A stretch of DNA of 64,000 nt from Alphaproteobacteria bacterium (GTDB lineage Bacteria; Pseudomonadota; Alphaproteobacteria; UBA828): positions 2,176,001 to 2,240,000 of the forward strand of contig CBDEFM010000002.1 of the NCBI GenBank assembly GCA_965237415.1, read 5' to 3'. This document shows positions 30,766-41,309 of the stretch, piece by piece. Position 1 is the first letter of the stretch, and each line of letters starts with the position of its first letter. The notes beneath the pieces were generated by a model that saw only the letters and a program-made list of their open reading frames with translations, ran no database searches and was not told the DNA's origin. The position numbers and the translations under genes were made by a program.

Positions 30766-31857
30766 ATGCAGTCTAAACTCATTCTCTTCGCCGCCTCGGC
30801 CGGCATTGCCGCGCTCACCGTTTACCTGTTGATCTCCGGGCGGGACATCCTGATCCCGATCGCCATCGCCGTTATGGCCTGGTACCTGGTCAACGCCATC
30901 GCCCGCGGGATCATGAAGCTCAGCATACGCGGCGTTCGCCCGCCGCGCTGGGCGGCGCTCGCGCTCACGGTGCTCGCGGCCATCGCGGCGGTCATGTCGC
31001 TGGCCGAGATGGTGAGCGGCAACTTCACCGCAGTCGTCGATGCCATCCCCACCTATCAAGCCAATCTCCAGCGGCTGATCGGAGAGGCAGCCGCGCTGTT
31101 CGGGCTCCAGGAAACGCCGAACCTGACCGAGCTCGTCGATCGCGTCGACTTCAGGGCGGTCGTCAGCAGCCTCGCCGCGACGCTGACCGGAATCGCCGGC
31201 GAGGCCGGGCTCATCCTGGTCTACGTGCTCTTTCTCTTCGTCGAGCAGGGCAGCTTCAACCGCAAGATGAACGCGCTCTTTCCAGACCGGGAACGTGAAG
31301 AGCGGGTGCGCAGCATCCTCAGCCACATGACCCAGGAGATTCAGAACTATCTCTGGATCAAGACCTTCACCAGCGCGCTGACGGCGGGCCTGAGCTTTGC
31401 CGTGCTGGCGTCGGTGGGCGTCGACTACGCGGGCTTCTGGGCTGTCATCATCTTCCTGCTGAACTACATCCCGACCATCGGCTCGCTGCTGGGCATCCTC
31501 TTCCCTGCGCTTCTGGCGCTCGTCCAGTTCGATACCGTCGTGCCCTTCCTCATCGTCACGCCGAGCCTCGCCGTCATCCAGGTCTTCATCGGCAATTTTC
31601 TGGAGCCGATGATGATGGGGTCCTCGCTCAACATCAGCCCCTTCGCGACCCTGGTCTCGCTTGCGGTGTGGGGCTCGATTTGGGGTATACCAGGGATGTT
31701 CCTCTGCGTGCCCATCACCGTGATCGCCATGATCATCTTCGCCCACTTCCCGCGCACGCGGCCCGTCGCGGTCATGCTATCGACCGACGGCCGCGTCGCC
31801 TGGGGCGAGACCGAGCCCCGACCGCCGCCCGACCCCCGCCCGCCGCCTGGAGCCTAA
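30766..31857 (+). CDS. AI-2E family transporter
   Basis: Multi-TM; 'FLLNYIPTIG', 'GNFLEP..MG.SLNISP', 'WG.IWGIPGMFL.VP'. Confidence 0.9.
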   Translation: MQSKLILFAASAGIAALTVYLLISGRDILIPIAIAVMAWYLVNAIARGIMKLSIRGVRPPRWAALALTVLAAIAAVMSLAEMVSGNFTAVVDAIPTYQANLQRLIGEAAALFGLQETPNLTELVDRVDFRAVVSSLAATLTGIAGEAGLILVYVLFLFVEQGSFNRKMNALFPDREREERVRSILSHMTQEIQNYLWIKTFTSALTAGLSFAVLASVGVDYAGFWAVIIFLLNYIPTIGSLLGILFPALLALVQFDTVVPFLIVTPSLAVIQVFIGNFLEPMMMGSSLNISPFATLVSLAVWGSIWGIPGMFLCVPITVIAMIIFAHFPRTRPVAVMLSTDGRVAWGETEPRPPPDPRPPPGA

Positions 31858-31859
31858 AC

Positions 31860-32990
31860 ATGACCGCTACCCAGGAAGACGCCCTCGCGATCGACGCCGG
31901 GCGGCTGAGGGAGGCCGTTGCCGCGATCTTCCAGGCCGCCGGTTGCGACGAGGCCGAGGGCGCGCGCATCGCCCGCTACCTGGTCGAGTCCAACCTCACC
32001 GGGCACGACAGCCACGGCGTCATCCGCGTGCCGCGCTATGTCCACTGGCTCGACACGGGCGCCGTCTACGCCGGCCGCAGCGTGAAGACGGTGATGGACG
32101 CGGGCGCGGTCGCGGTGCTGGACGGTGACCATGGCTTCGGCCAGACCATCGGCGAGCAGGCGATGACGCTTGCGGTCGAGAAGGCGCGCGAGTTCGGCGT
32201 CGCCGTCGTGGGCTTGCGCAACTCAGGCCACCTGGGTCGCATCGGCGACTGGGCCGAGCTTGCGGCAGCCGAGGGGCTGATCTCGATCCACTTCGTCAAC
32301 ACCAGCGGGCTCGGAATGCTGGTGGCGCCCTTCGGCGGCACCGAGCGGCGCATGTCCACCAATCCCATCAGCATCGGCGTGCCGATGCCGGAAGGGCCGC
32401 CCCTCGTGCTCGACTGCGCGACATCGATCGTGGCCGAGGGCAAGGTGCTGGTCGCGCTCAACGGCGGCAAGCCGTTGCCGGACGGCGCCCTGATCGAGCG
32501 GGATGGCCGGCTGACCACCGACCCCAACGCAATCTACGGCGCCGTGGACGGCACCCAGCCCCACGACCAGCGCACGGGATCGGCTGCAGTGCGGGCAATG
32601 GGCGAGCACAAGGGTTCTGGCATCAGTATCATGTGTGAGCTGCTCGCCGGCGCACTGACCGGCGGCGGCTGCGGCCGGGCGGGCCACAAGACGCTGGAGA
32701 ACAACATGCTCTCCATCCTGCTCGACCCGGCGCGCTTCGGGACCGAGGCGCTGCTCTGGCCCGAGATCGACCGCTATATCGAATTCGTGCGGGGCGCGCG
32801 CAAGGCGCCGGGGCACGAGAAGATCCTCCTTCCCGGCGAGCCGGAGGAGGAGATGCGCGCGCTCAGGCGGGCACGCGGGGTCCCGCTGCCTCGCAAGGTG
32901 CGGGCGAGCCTCGCGCTCACGGCGAACTCACTCGGCCTCGCCCACGCGGCGGCGGTGTTCAAGCCGGAGGGGGGCGCGTCGGCGGCCTAA
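31860..32990 (+). CDS. Ldh_2 family dehydrogenase (YbiC/HcxB-like)
   Basis: 'GHDSHGVIR', 'HLGRIGDWAE', 'STNP', 'GEHKGSG', 'LPGEPE'. Confidence 0.9.
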   Translation: MTATQEDALAIDAGRLREAVAAIFQAAGCDEAEGARIARYLVESNLTGHDSHGVIRVPRYVHWLDTGAVYAGRSVKTVMDAGAVAVLDGDHGFGQTIGEQAMTLAVEKAREFGVAVVGLRNSGHLGRIGDWAELAAAEGLISIHFVNTSGLGMLVAPFGGTERRMSTNPISIGVPMPEGPPLVLDCATSIVAEGKVLVALNGGKPLPDGALIERDGRLTTDPNAIYGAVDGTQPHDQRTGSAAVRAMGEHKGSGISIMCELLAGALTGGGCGRAGHKTLENNMLSILLDPARFGTEALLWPEIDRYIEFVRGARKAPGHEKILLPGEPEEEMRALRRARGVPLPRKVRASLALTANSLGLAHAAAVFKPEGGASAA

Positions 32991-33013
32991 GCTTCGACGT
33001 ATGAAGGGGCCGC

Positions 33014-33793
33014 CTACCAGACGCTGCTGTAGCGGCCGCCGTCGATCACCAGGTTCTGGCCGGTGATGTAGCCTGCCTGCGCGCTGCAGAGGAACGCGCA
33101 GGCCTCGCCGAACTCGGCGGGATCGCCGAAACGCTGCGCCGGAACCGAAGCCATCTGCTGTTCGGTGAACTCGTCGAGGTCGGCACCCATCGCCTTGGCG
33201 CCGGACGCAATGTTGCTGCGCAGCCGCACGGTGTCGAAATAGCCGGGCAGGAGATTGTTGATCGTCACGTTGTTGGCTGCGACGGTGGGCGCAATGCCGG
33301 CGACGAAGGCGGTGAGGCCCGCGCGCGCACCGCTGGAGAGGTCGAGACCGGGAACCGGCATCTTCACCGAGATCGAGGTGATGTTGACGATCCGCCCGAA
33401 GCCGCGCGCGGCCATGCCGTCCACCACACGGCCGATCATCTCCACCGGCGCCGCCATGTTCATCACCACGCCCTGCAGGAGCGCGCTGCGGTCGATCTCG
33501 CGGAAGTCCCGGCGCGGCGGGCCTCCATTGTTGTTGACGAGGATGTCCGGCTCCGGGCAGGCGTGGATCATCGCGGCCTGAACGGCCGGCTCGCTGATGT
33601 CGCCGGCCACGGCCTCAACGGCTGTGCCGGTCTCTTCGCGAATTGCCTGCGCCGTTTCCTCAAGCGCTTTTGCATCGCGCGCGTTGATAACGAGATCGAC
33701 CCCGTTCCGCGCGAGCGAGAGCGCACTGGCGCGGCCGAGGCCGCGGCTCGCGGCGCACACCACGGCACGCCGCCCCTTGATACCGAGATCCAT
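33014..33793 (-). CDS. SDR family oxidoreductase
   Basis: 'MDLGIKGRRAVVCAASRGLG', 'NNNGGPP', 'YITGQN..IDGG'. Confidence 0.9.
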   Translation of the reverse strand: MDLGIKGRRAVVCAASRGLGRASALSLARNGVDLVINARDAKALEETAQAIREETGTAVEAVAGDISEPAVQAAMIHACPEPDILVNNNGGPPRRDFREIDRSALLQGVVMNMAAPVEMIGRVVDGMAARGFGRIVNITSISVKMPVPGLDLSSGARAGLTAFVAGIAPTVAANNVTINNLLPGYFDTVRLRSNIASGAKAMGADLDEFTEQQMASVPAQRFGDPAEFGEACAFLCSAQAGYITGQNLVIDGGRYSSVW

Positions 33794-33942
33794 GGCTCCA
33801 TATCCCTTGGCTGCGGCCGCATCCTGACGCCCCTCGGGCCACCCGTGCAAGGCCCCGGGGTATTTCCGACAGGCATTTGGGAATGCATCGCGACACTGCG
33901 CTCAAGGTGCGAACCGGTGCTTGATTCGCCGCGCCAAAGGTG

Positions 33943-33969
33943 TTAGCACTCACGTATAGCGAGTGCTAA
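33943..33969 (+). promoter_or_regulatory. CIRCE element (HrcA operator)
   Basis: Perfect TTAGCACTC-N9-GAGTGCTAA about 45 bp upstream of groES. Confidence 0.97.
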
Positions 33970-34012
33970 CACCCGCTCTCAGACCATCATTCGGACGAAA
34001 TCGGAGGAAGCA

Positions 34013-36005
<1,993 letters not shown>

Positions 36006-36026
36006 CCCAAGCGTCCGGTCGACGAC

Positions 36027-36056
36027 AAGGGGCGGGCCTTCGGGCCCGCCCCTTTT
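36027..36056 (+). terminator. Rho-independent terminator of groESL
   Basis: AAGGGGCGGGCC-TTCG-GGCCCGCCCCTTTT. Confidence 0.9.
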
Positions 36057-36148
36057 CGTTTGCAGCGGCCGGGGCCACGGGATATGTGCAACCCGCACCG
36101 GCGCAGCAGAGCCGCATAGCCGGCAGCGCACTCGACCGGGGAGGACCC

Positions 36149-37594
36149 ATGAGCGCCGATATCGGAGCCTTGTTCGATCAGCGGGATTCGCTCGAGATCG
36201 CAGCCTTGGTGAAGGCGGGCGAGGTGAGCGCGAGCGAGCTCGCCGAGGAGGCGATCCGCCGCATCGAGGCGCTGAACCCGACACTGAACGCGGTCTCCAT
36301 CCCGCTCTTCGACTATGGCCGCAAGGCCGCCGCCGACCCGGCGCTGCCCGACGGCCCCTTCAAGGGGGTGCCTTTCCTGCTCAAGGACCTCGGCACGCTC
36401 TGGGAGGGCATCCCTCTCGCCAACAGCTGCCGCTATTTCAAGGACTTCGTTTGCCCCGCCGACATGACCTACACGCGGCGGATCAAGGAGGCCGGCTTCG
36501 TGCTGCTCGGCCGCAGCAACGCGCCCGAGTTGGGCTGGTGCCTGGCGACCGAGCCCACTCTCTTCGGCCGCGCCAACAACCCCTGGGACCTGGAGCGCAC
36601 GCCGGGCGGCTCCAGCGGCGGCGCGGCGGCCGCGCTGGCGTCGCGCATGGTGCCATTCGTGGATGCGAGCGACGGCGCGGGCTCGACGCGGGTGCCGGCC
36701 TCCCACTGCGGGCTGGTCGGGCTCAAGCCCTCGCGGGGCCGGGTCACGCTCGACCCTTTCCCCGACTACTGGTACGGCGGCGCGAGCTTCCTCACCGTGA
36801 CCCACACGGTGCGCGAGACCGCCGCCTATCTTGACGCGGTCGGTGGACGGGTGACGGGCGATGTCTACTACACAGATATGCCGGAGACCCCCTATCTCGA
36901 CGAGGTGGGGCGCGACCCCGGCACGCTCCATATCGGTGTCACCACAGCCTCGCCGGCCGGGCTCCCCATCCACGACGAGGTGGTGCAGGCGGTGCGCGAC
37001 GCTGCGGCGCTCTGCGAAAGCCTTGGCCACAGGGTGGAGGAACGCCCGCTCGCCTTCGACTGGGAACGGTTCTGGGGCGCCTATACGCGGATGACTGCCG
37101 CTGAGACGGCCTCAGGCTTAGAGGACTCGGAAGCGCTGATCGGCCGCCCGGTGACCGAGGACGACGTGGCGCCGCTGATCTGGGGGATCATCCAGAAGGG
37201 CAAGGCCATCGACGGGCCGCAGCACTACCGCGACGTGAACGAGCTCAAGCTGATGAGCCGAGAGCTGATCGTGAGCCTTGCGGATTGCGACGTCCACCTC
37301 ATGCCGGTCATCGGCCATCCCGCCCGACCGCACGGCCACTATCCGATGACCATCGGCGACATCGACCACTACAACGCCGAGCTCATGGGACCGGATGCCG
37401 TGTTCACGGCGCCCTTCAACGCTTGCGGCCTGCCCGGCATGTCGCTGCCGCTGCACATGACGGCAGACGGCCTGCCGGTGGGCGTGCAACTCGTGGGCCG
37501 CGAGCGCGACGAGCGCACACTCTTCCGCCTCGCGGGCCAGTTGGAGGCCGCAAAGCCCTGGAAGCACCGCCGGCCGCCAGTTCTCGCCGGCTAA
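36149..37594 (+). CDS. Amidase-signature family protein
   Basis: 'GVPFLLKD', 'TPGGSSGG', 'SDGAGSTRVPAS.CGLVGLKPSRG'. Confidence 0.93.
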   Translation: MSADIGALFDQRDSLEIAALVKAGEVSASELAEEAIRRIEALNPTLNAVSIPLFDYGRKAAADPALPDGPFKGVPFLLKDLGTLWEGIPLANSCRYFKDFVCPADMTYTRRIKEAGFVLLGRSNAPELGWCLATEPTLFGRANNPWDLERTPGGSSGGAAAALASRMVPFVDASDGAGSTRVPASHCGLVGLKPSRGRVTLDPFPDYWYGGASFLTVTHTVRETAAYLDAVGGRVTGDVYYTDMPETPYLDEVGRDPGTLHIGVTTASPAGLPIHDEVVQAVRDAAALCESLGHRVEERPLAFDWERFWGAYTRMTAAETASGLEDSEALIGRPVTEDDVAPLIWGIIQKGKAIDGPQHYRDVNELKLMSRELIVSLADCDVHLMPVIGHPARPHGHYPMTIGDIDHYNAELMGPDAVFTAPFNACGLPGMSLPLHMTADGLPVGVQLVGRERDERTLFRLAGQLEAAKPWKHRRPPVLAG

Positions 37595-37634
37595 ACGAGA
37601 TCGATAGACACAACCCACCAACGGGGAGACTCCC

Positions 37635-38423
37635 ATGACCTCAGTCTTCGCCAATGACGCTTTCGCCGGGCAGACGGTCCTGGTCACCGGTGCCACCTCC
37701 GGGATCGGCGAGGGCACCGCCAAGGCCTTCGCCGCTCACGGCGCCAACGTCATGCTCAACGGGCGCGATGCGGCGCGCGGCGGCGCTGTGCTGGATGCGA
37801 TCGCGAACGACGGCGGCAGCGTCGCCCTCAGCCTCGGCGACGTGGCGGACTCCGCCTACTGCGACCGGCTGGTAGACGAGACGGTCGAGCGCTTCGGCCG
37901 GCTCAACGTGCTCTTCAACAATGCCGGCATCTGTCTCCACGGGCCGATCGACGAGACTTCGGACGACGACTGGCACCGGCTGATCGGCATCAACGTGAGC
38001 GGCAGTTTCTATATGGCGCGCGCCGCCGTGCGGCAGATGAAGGCGCAAGGCGGGGGTGGCGCGATCGTGAACATGTCGTCGGAATGCGGGCTGATCGCCT
38101 ATGAGCGCCTGCCCGCCTACAGCGCGACCAAGGGCGCCATCGCCATGCTGACCAAGTGCATGGCGATCGACCATGCGCGCGACGGCATCCGCGTCAACGC
38201 GGTCTGCCCCGGCGACATCGACACACCGATGACCGACCAAGGCTGGGCGCACCTCGACCTCACGTCCGACGAGATCCGCGAGAAGCTCAAGGAGCACATT
38301 CCGCTCGGCAAGGTGGGCCAGCCGCCCGATATCGCCCACGCGGTGATGTACCTCGCCTCCGACGCCGCCGGGTTCGTCACCGGCATCCTGCTCCCGGTCG
38401 ACGGCGGCACGACAGCCCGATAA
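37635..38423 (+). CDS. SDR family oxidoreductase
   Basis: TGATSGIG, NNAG, YSATK. Confidence 0.92.
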   Translation: MTSVFANDAFAGQTVLVTGATSGIGEGTAKAFAAHGANVMLNGRDAARGGAVLDAIANDGGSVALSLGDVADSAYCDRLVDETVERFGRLNVLFNNAGICLHGPIDETSDDDWHRLIGINVSGSFYMARAAVRQMKAQGGGGAIVNMSSECGLIAYERLPAYSATKGAIAMLTKCMAIDHARDGIRVNAVCPGDIDTPMTDQGWAHLDLTSDEIREKLKEHIPLGKVGQPPDIAHAVMYLASDAAGFVTGILLPVDGGTTAR

Positions 38424-38429
38424 CGAACG

Positions 38430-39194
38430 TCAGGGCGCCGCCAGTAGGTAGACTCCGGCCGCAGCCATCGCGATTCCGCCTGCGCGCGCGACCCATTCCC
38501 CCTTGGGCGCGAGCTTCTCGGCGACGACGAAGACCGTGATCGCCGCCACCCAGGCGAGGTTCATCACCCCGCCGACGAAGAGAAGCCCCATCACGAAGCC
38601 GCAGCAGCCGAGGCAGAAGGCGCCGTGGCCCACACCCATGCGGAAGGCACCCAGGCGACCGGGCCGCCAGTGCCCCATGATAAAGGCCATGGGCGAGCGG
38701 CAATGCTTGAGGCAGGCATACTTGAGCGGCGTCCACTGATAGACGCCGGCGGCAACGAACAGGATGCCGCCGAGGATCGTGCTGGTGGCCACCATCATCG
38801 GCGAGAGCAGCGCCGCGTTCTGTAGCCCCCACTGCATCGCCGTCGCGGTCACGCTGAACCCGGCCCAGACCGCCACATAGCCAAGTGCGAAGAGCGTGGT
38901 CGCGGCGTAGGCGCGGCCGGTGCCTTTGGAGCGGTCGACGCGGGCGAAGATGAGGATCATCGGCGCCGCGCTTGGCACCATCATCGCCACCATCATCACC
39001 GCCCACATGGCCCACATGAGCAGGCCGTGGGTGAGGCTCCAAGCCTCTATCCGCATCATGGCGCGACCGCCTGACGCCATGTCGCCGCCCATATCGAGGG
39101 CCATGTCGATGAGGTAGAGCCAGGCGAGCGCGGCCGCGATCAAAAGGCCGCCCAGCACCACCAACCGGTCGCGACGCGCAATCCCCTCGATCAC
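38430..39194 (-). CDS. DUF2182-like predicted metal-binding integral membrane protein
   Basis: 'WAVMMVAMMVPS', 'YQWTPLKYACLKHCRSP', 'CLGCC', 'GGVMNL.W','EK'; start uncertain. Confidence 0.85.
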   Translation of the reverse strand: MIEGIARRDRLVVLGGLLIAAALAWLYLIDMALDMGGDMASGGRAMMRIEAWSLTHGLLMWAMWAVMMVAMMVPSAAPMILIFARVDRSKGTGRAYAATTLFALGYVAVWAGFSVTATAMQWGLQNAALLSPMMVATSTILGGILFVAAGVYQWTPLKYACLKHCRSPMAFIMGHWRPGRLGAFRMGVGHGAFCLGCCGFVMGLLFVGGVMNLAWVAAITVFVVAEKLAPKGEWVARAGGIAMAAAGVYLLAAP

Positions 39195-39231
39195 GGACGC
39201 GCCGCCTAGCCCGACCGGGCGGGCCGTGCCC

Positions 39232-40032
39232 TCAGTCGCATTTCGCCGTGAGGCCGCCGTCCACGACAAGATCGGCCGCCGTCACGTACGCAGCCTCGTC
39301 GGAGGCCAGAAAGAGCGCCGCGTGGGCCACGTCCCAGCCCGTGCCCATGCGGCCCATGGGGACCTGGGCATGACGCTTCGCGACGAGGGCGTCGAGGTCG
39401 CCCTCGCCGTACTGGGCGGCGAGCCGCGCCTCCACCAGCGGGGTGTGCATGAGGCCGACCGAGATCGAATTGCAGCGCACGCCGCGCGCTGCGTATTGCA
39501 CGCCGACCGCCTTGCTGAACTGCACCAGCCCGGCCTTCGCCGCCGCGTAGGCCGCGTGGTGGTTGCCGATGAAGCGGAGCCCGGCCACCGAGGAGATATT
39601 GACGATGGCGCCCGCGCCCTGCGCCTCCATGATCGGGAGCGCGCACCGGGTGGTGAGGAAGGCGCTGGTGAGGTTGAAATCGAGCTGCGCGGCCCAGTCT
39701 TCTTCGCTCAGCTCGACCGGCCCGCCGGGCACCGAGCCCCCCACATTGTTCACGAGCACGTGGAGGCCGCCGCAGCGCTCGGCGACGGCCGGGATCACCC
39801 GTGCGACCTGGGCGCCATCGGTCACGTCTGCGGTCTCCACGGCGCAGACGCCGCCCTCTGACGCGATGATCTCCCGCGTCGCTTCGGCTGCCGCCGGGTC
39901 GCGGTCGAGCGCGATGACCCGCGCGCCTTCGCGGGCGAAGAGCACGGCGGTGGCGCGGCCGTTGCCCCAACCGGGTCCGACCGAGCCCGCGCCCGTGATC
40001 AACGCGACCTTACCGTCGAGACGCCCTGCCAT
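39232..40032 (-). CDS. SDR family oxidoreductase
   Basis: 'GAGSVGPGWGNGRA', 'NNVG', 'YAAAK', 'VDGG'. Confidence 0.92.
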   Translation of the reverse strand: MAGRLDGKVALITGAGSVGPGWGNGRATAVLFAREGARVIALDRDPAAAEATREIIASEGGVCAVETADVTDGAQVARVIPAVAERCGGLHVLVNNVGGSVPGGPVELSEEDWAAQLDFNLTSAFLTTRCALPIMEAQGAGAIVNISSVAGLRFIGNHHAAYAAAKAGLVQFSKAVGVQYAARGVRCNSISVGLMHTPLVEARLAAQYGEGDLDALVAKRHAQVPMGRMGTGWDVAHAALFLASDEAAYVTAADLVVDGGLTAKCD

Positions 40033-40144
40033 GCCGCCACTCTACCACCCGAAGCCCGCCGGCGCAGGCGAGCACCCGCGGCGGTAGCGGCGCTCTACCG
40101 AGAACGGGATCGAAGAGACGTGGTACGGGCGGGCGCCGCAGCGA

Positions 40145-41092
40145 TCATGCCTCCCGCTCTTGCCCTCCCATGAAGGCCACCACCTCGGCATGGCTCGGCT
40201 GAGGCGCGATGGCGCCGACGCCGGTGGCGGTTAGCGCGCCTACCGCATTCGCGTACCGCCCTGCCTCGGCGGGCCCTGTGTCGCGGAGCAGGGACAGGAC
40301 GAACCCGGCACTGAACGCATCGCCCGCCCCGGTGGCATCGACCGCGTCGATCTCCCAAGCCGGAACATGGCAACGGTCCCCGGCATCGCTCTTGATGAGA
40401 CAGCCATTGGCGCCGAGCTTCGCCACCGCGAGCCGTGGCCGCGCGTCCACGATGCGATCGAGAACGGTCTCGAGAGGCGTGTCGCCAAACAGATGAGCGG
40501 AATCTTCCTCGCTCACGAACACGATGTCGGCAAGCGCCAGGGCCGCCGTGAAATTGCGGCGCAGGGTCTCAGGATCCCCGAGTGCCGGGCGCACGTTGGC
40601 ATCGTAGCTGACCATGATATCGGCCTCCCGCGCGATCTCCATCGCCACCCGGATCGCGTCTGCGCACGAGTGGGAGATTGCCTGGGAGATACCACTCGCG
40701 TGCAGGACGCGCGCGCTGGCCACGTAGTCCGGATCGATATCCGCGCCTGCGAGATGGCTCGCCGCCGAGCCGCGACGCACATAGTCGAACCGGTGTTTCC
40801 GCTCCTCCGAATAGGTGACGAAATAGAGGCCGGTGTGGTGTTCCTCGTCGGGTATTACGTGGCTTGCGTCGACGCCGTGCGTCTCCAGCATCGCGACGAA
40901 GGCGCGGCCAAAGGCATCCCGCCCGACCCGCGTGACATAGCCGCACGCGCCGCCGAGGCGCGCGGCCGCGAGCACGAAGTTGGCCGTGTCCCCACCCCAG
41001 CCGCAGCGGAAACGATCGACATCGCCCAGCCGTCCAGCCGATTCGGCGGCCATTTCCACAAGCGGCTCTCCGATGGCTATCAGGTCAGGCAA
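40145..41092 (-). CDS. PfkB family sugar kinase (KdgK-like)
   Basis: 'GGDTANF', 'YDANVRP', 'DATGAGDAF'; TTG start after GGAGG. Confidence 0.9.
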   Translation of the reverse strand: MPDLIAIGEPLVEMAAESAGRLGDVDRFRCGWGGDTANFVLAAARLGGACGYVTRVGRDAFGRAFVAMLETHGVDASHVIPDEEHHTGLYFVTYSEERKHRFDYVRRGSAASHLAGADIDPDYVASARVLHASGISQAISHSCADAIRVAMEIAREADIMVSYDANVRPALGDPETLRRNFTAALALADIVFVSEEDSAHLFGDTPLETVLDRIVDARPRLAVAKLGANGCLIKSDAGDRCHVPAWEIDAVDATGAGDAFSAGFVLSLLRDTGPAEAGRYANAVGALTATGVGAIAPQPSHAEVVAFMGGQEREA

Positions 41093-41309
41093 GCGGCGCC
41101 TCCACGATCGGCTACTCAACACCAGTCTCCGGTATCGCAGGTACCGGAGGGCGGCACGACCAAAACGGGATTCATGGTGAGCGAAACCGCCGTCCGGTCA
41201 ACGGTGGAGAGATCATATGGCGTCGCGGGCACATCTGCCGAAAGGCGCGCGCGCATGATAGGGTGCGCGCGCCGCAAGGCGGGCGTGCAGCGCGGAAAAG
41301 GGCCGGGGC

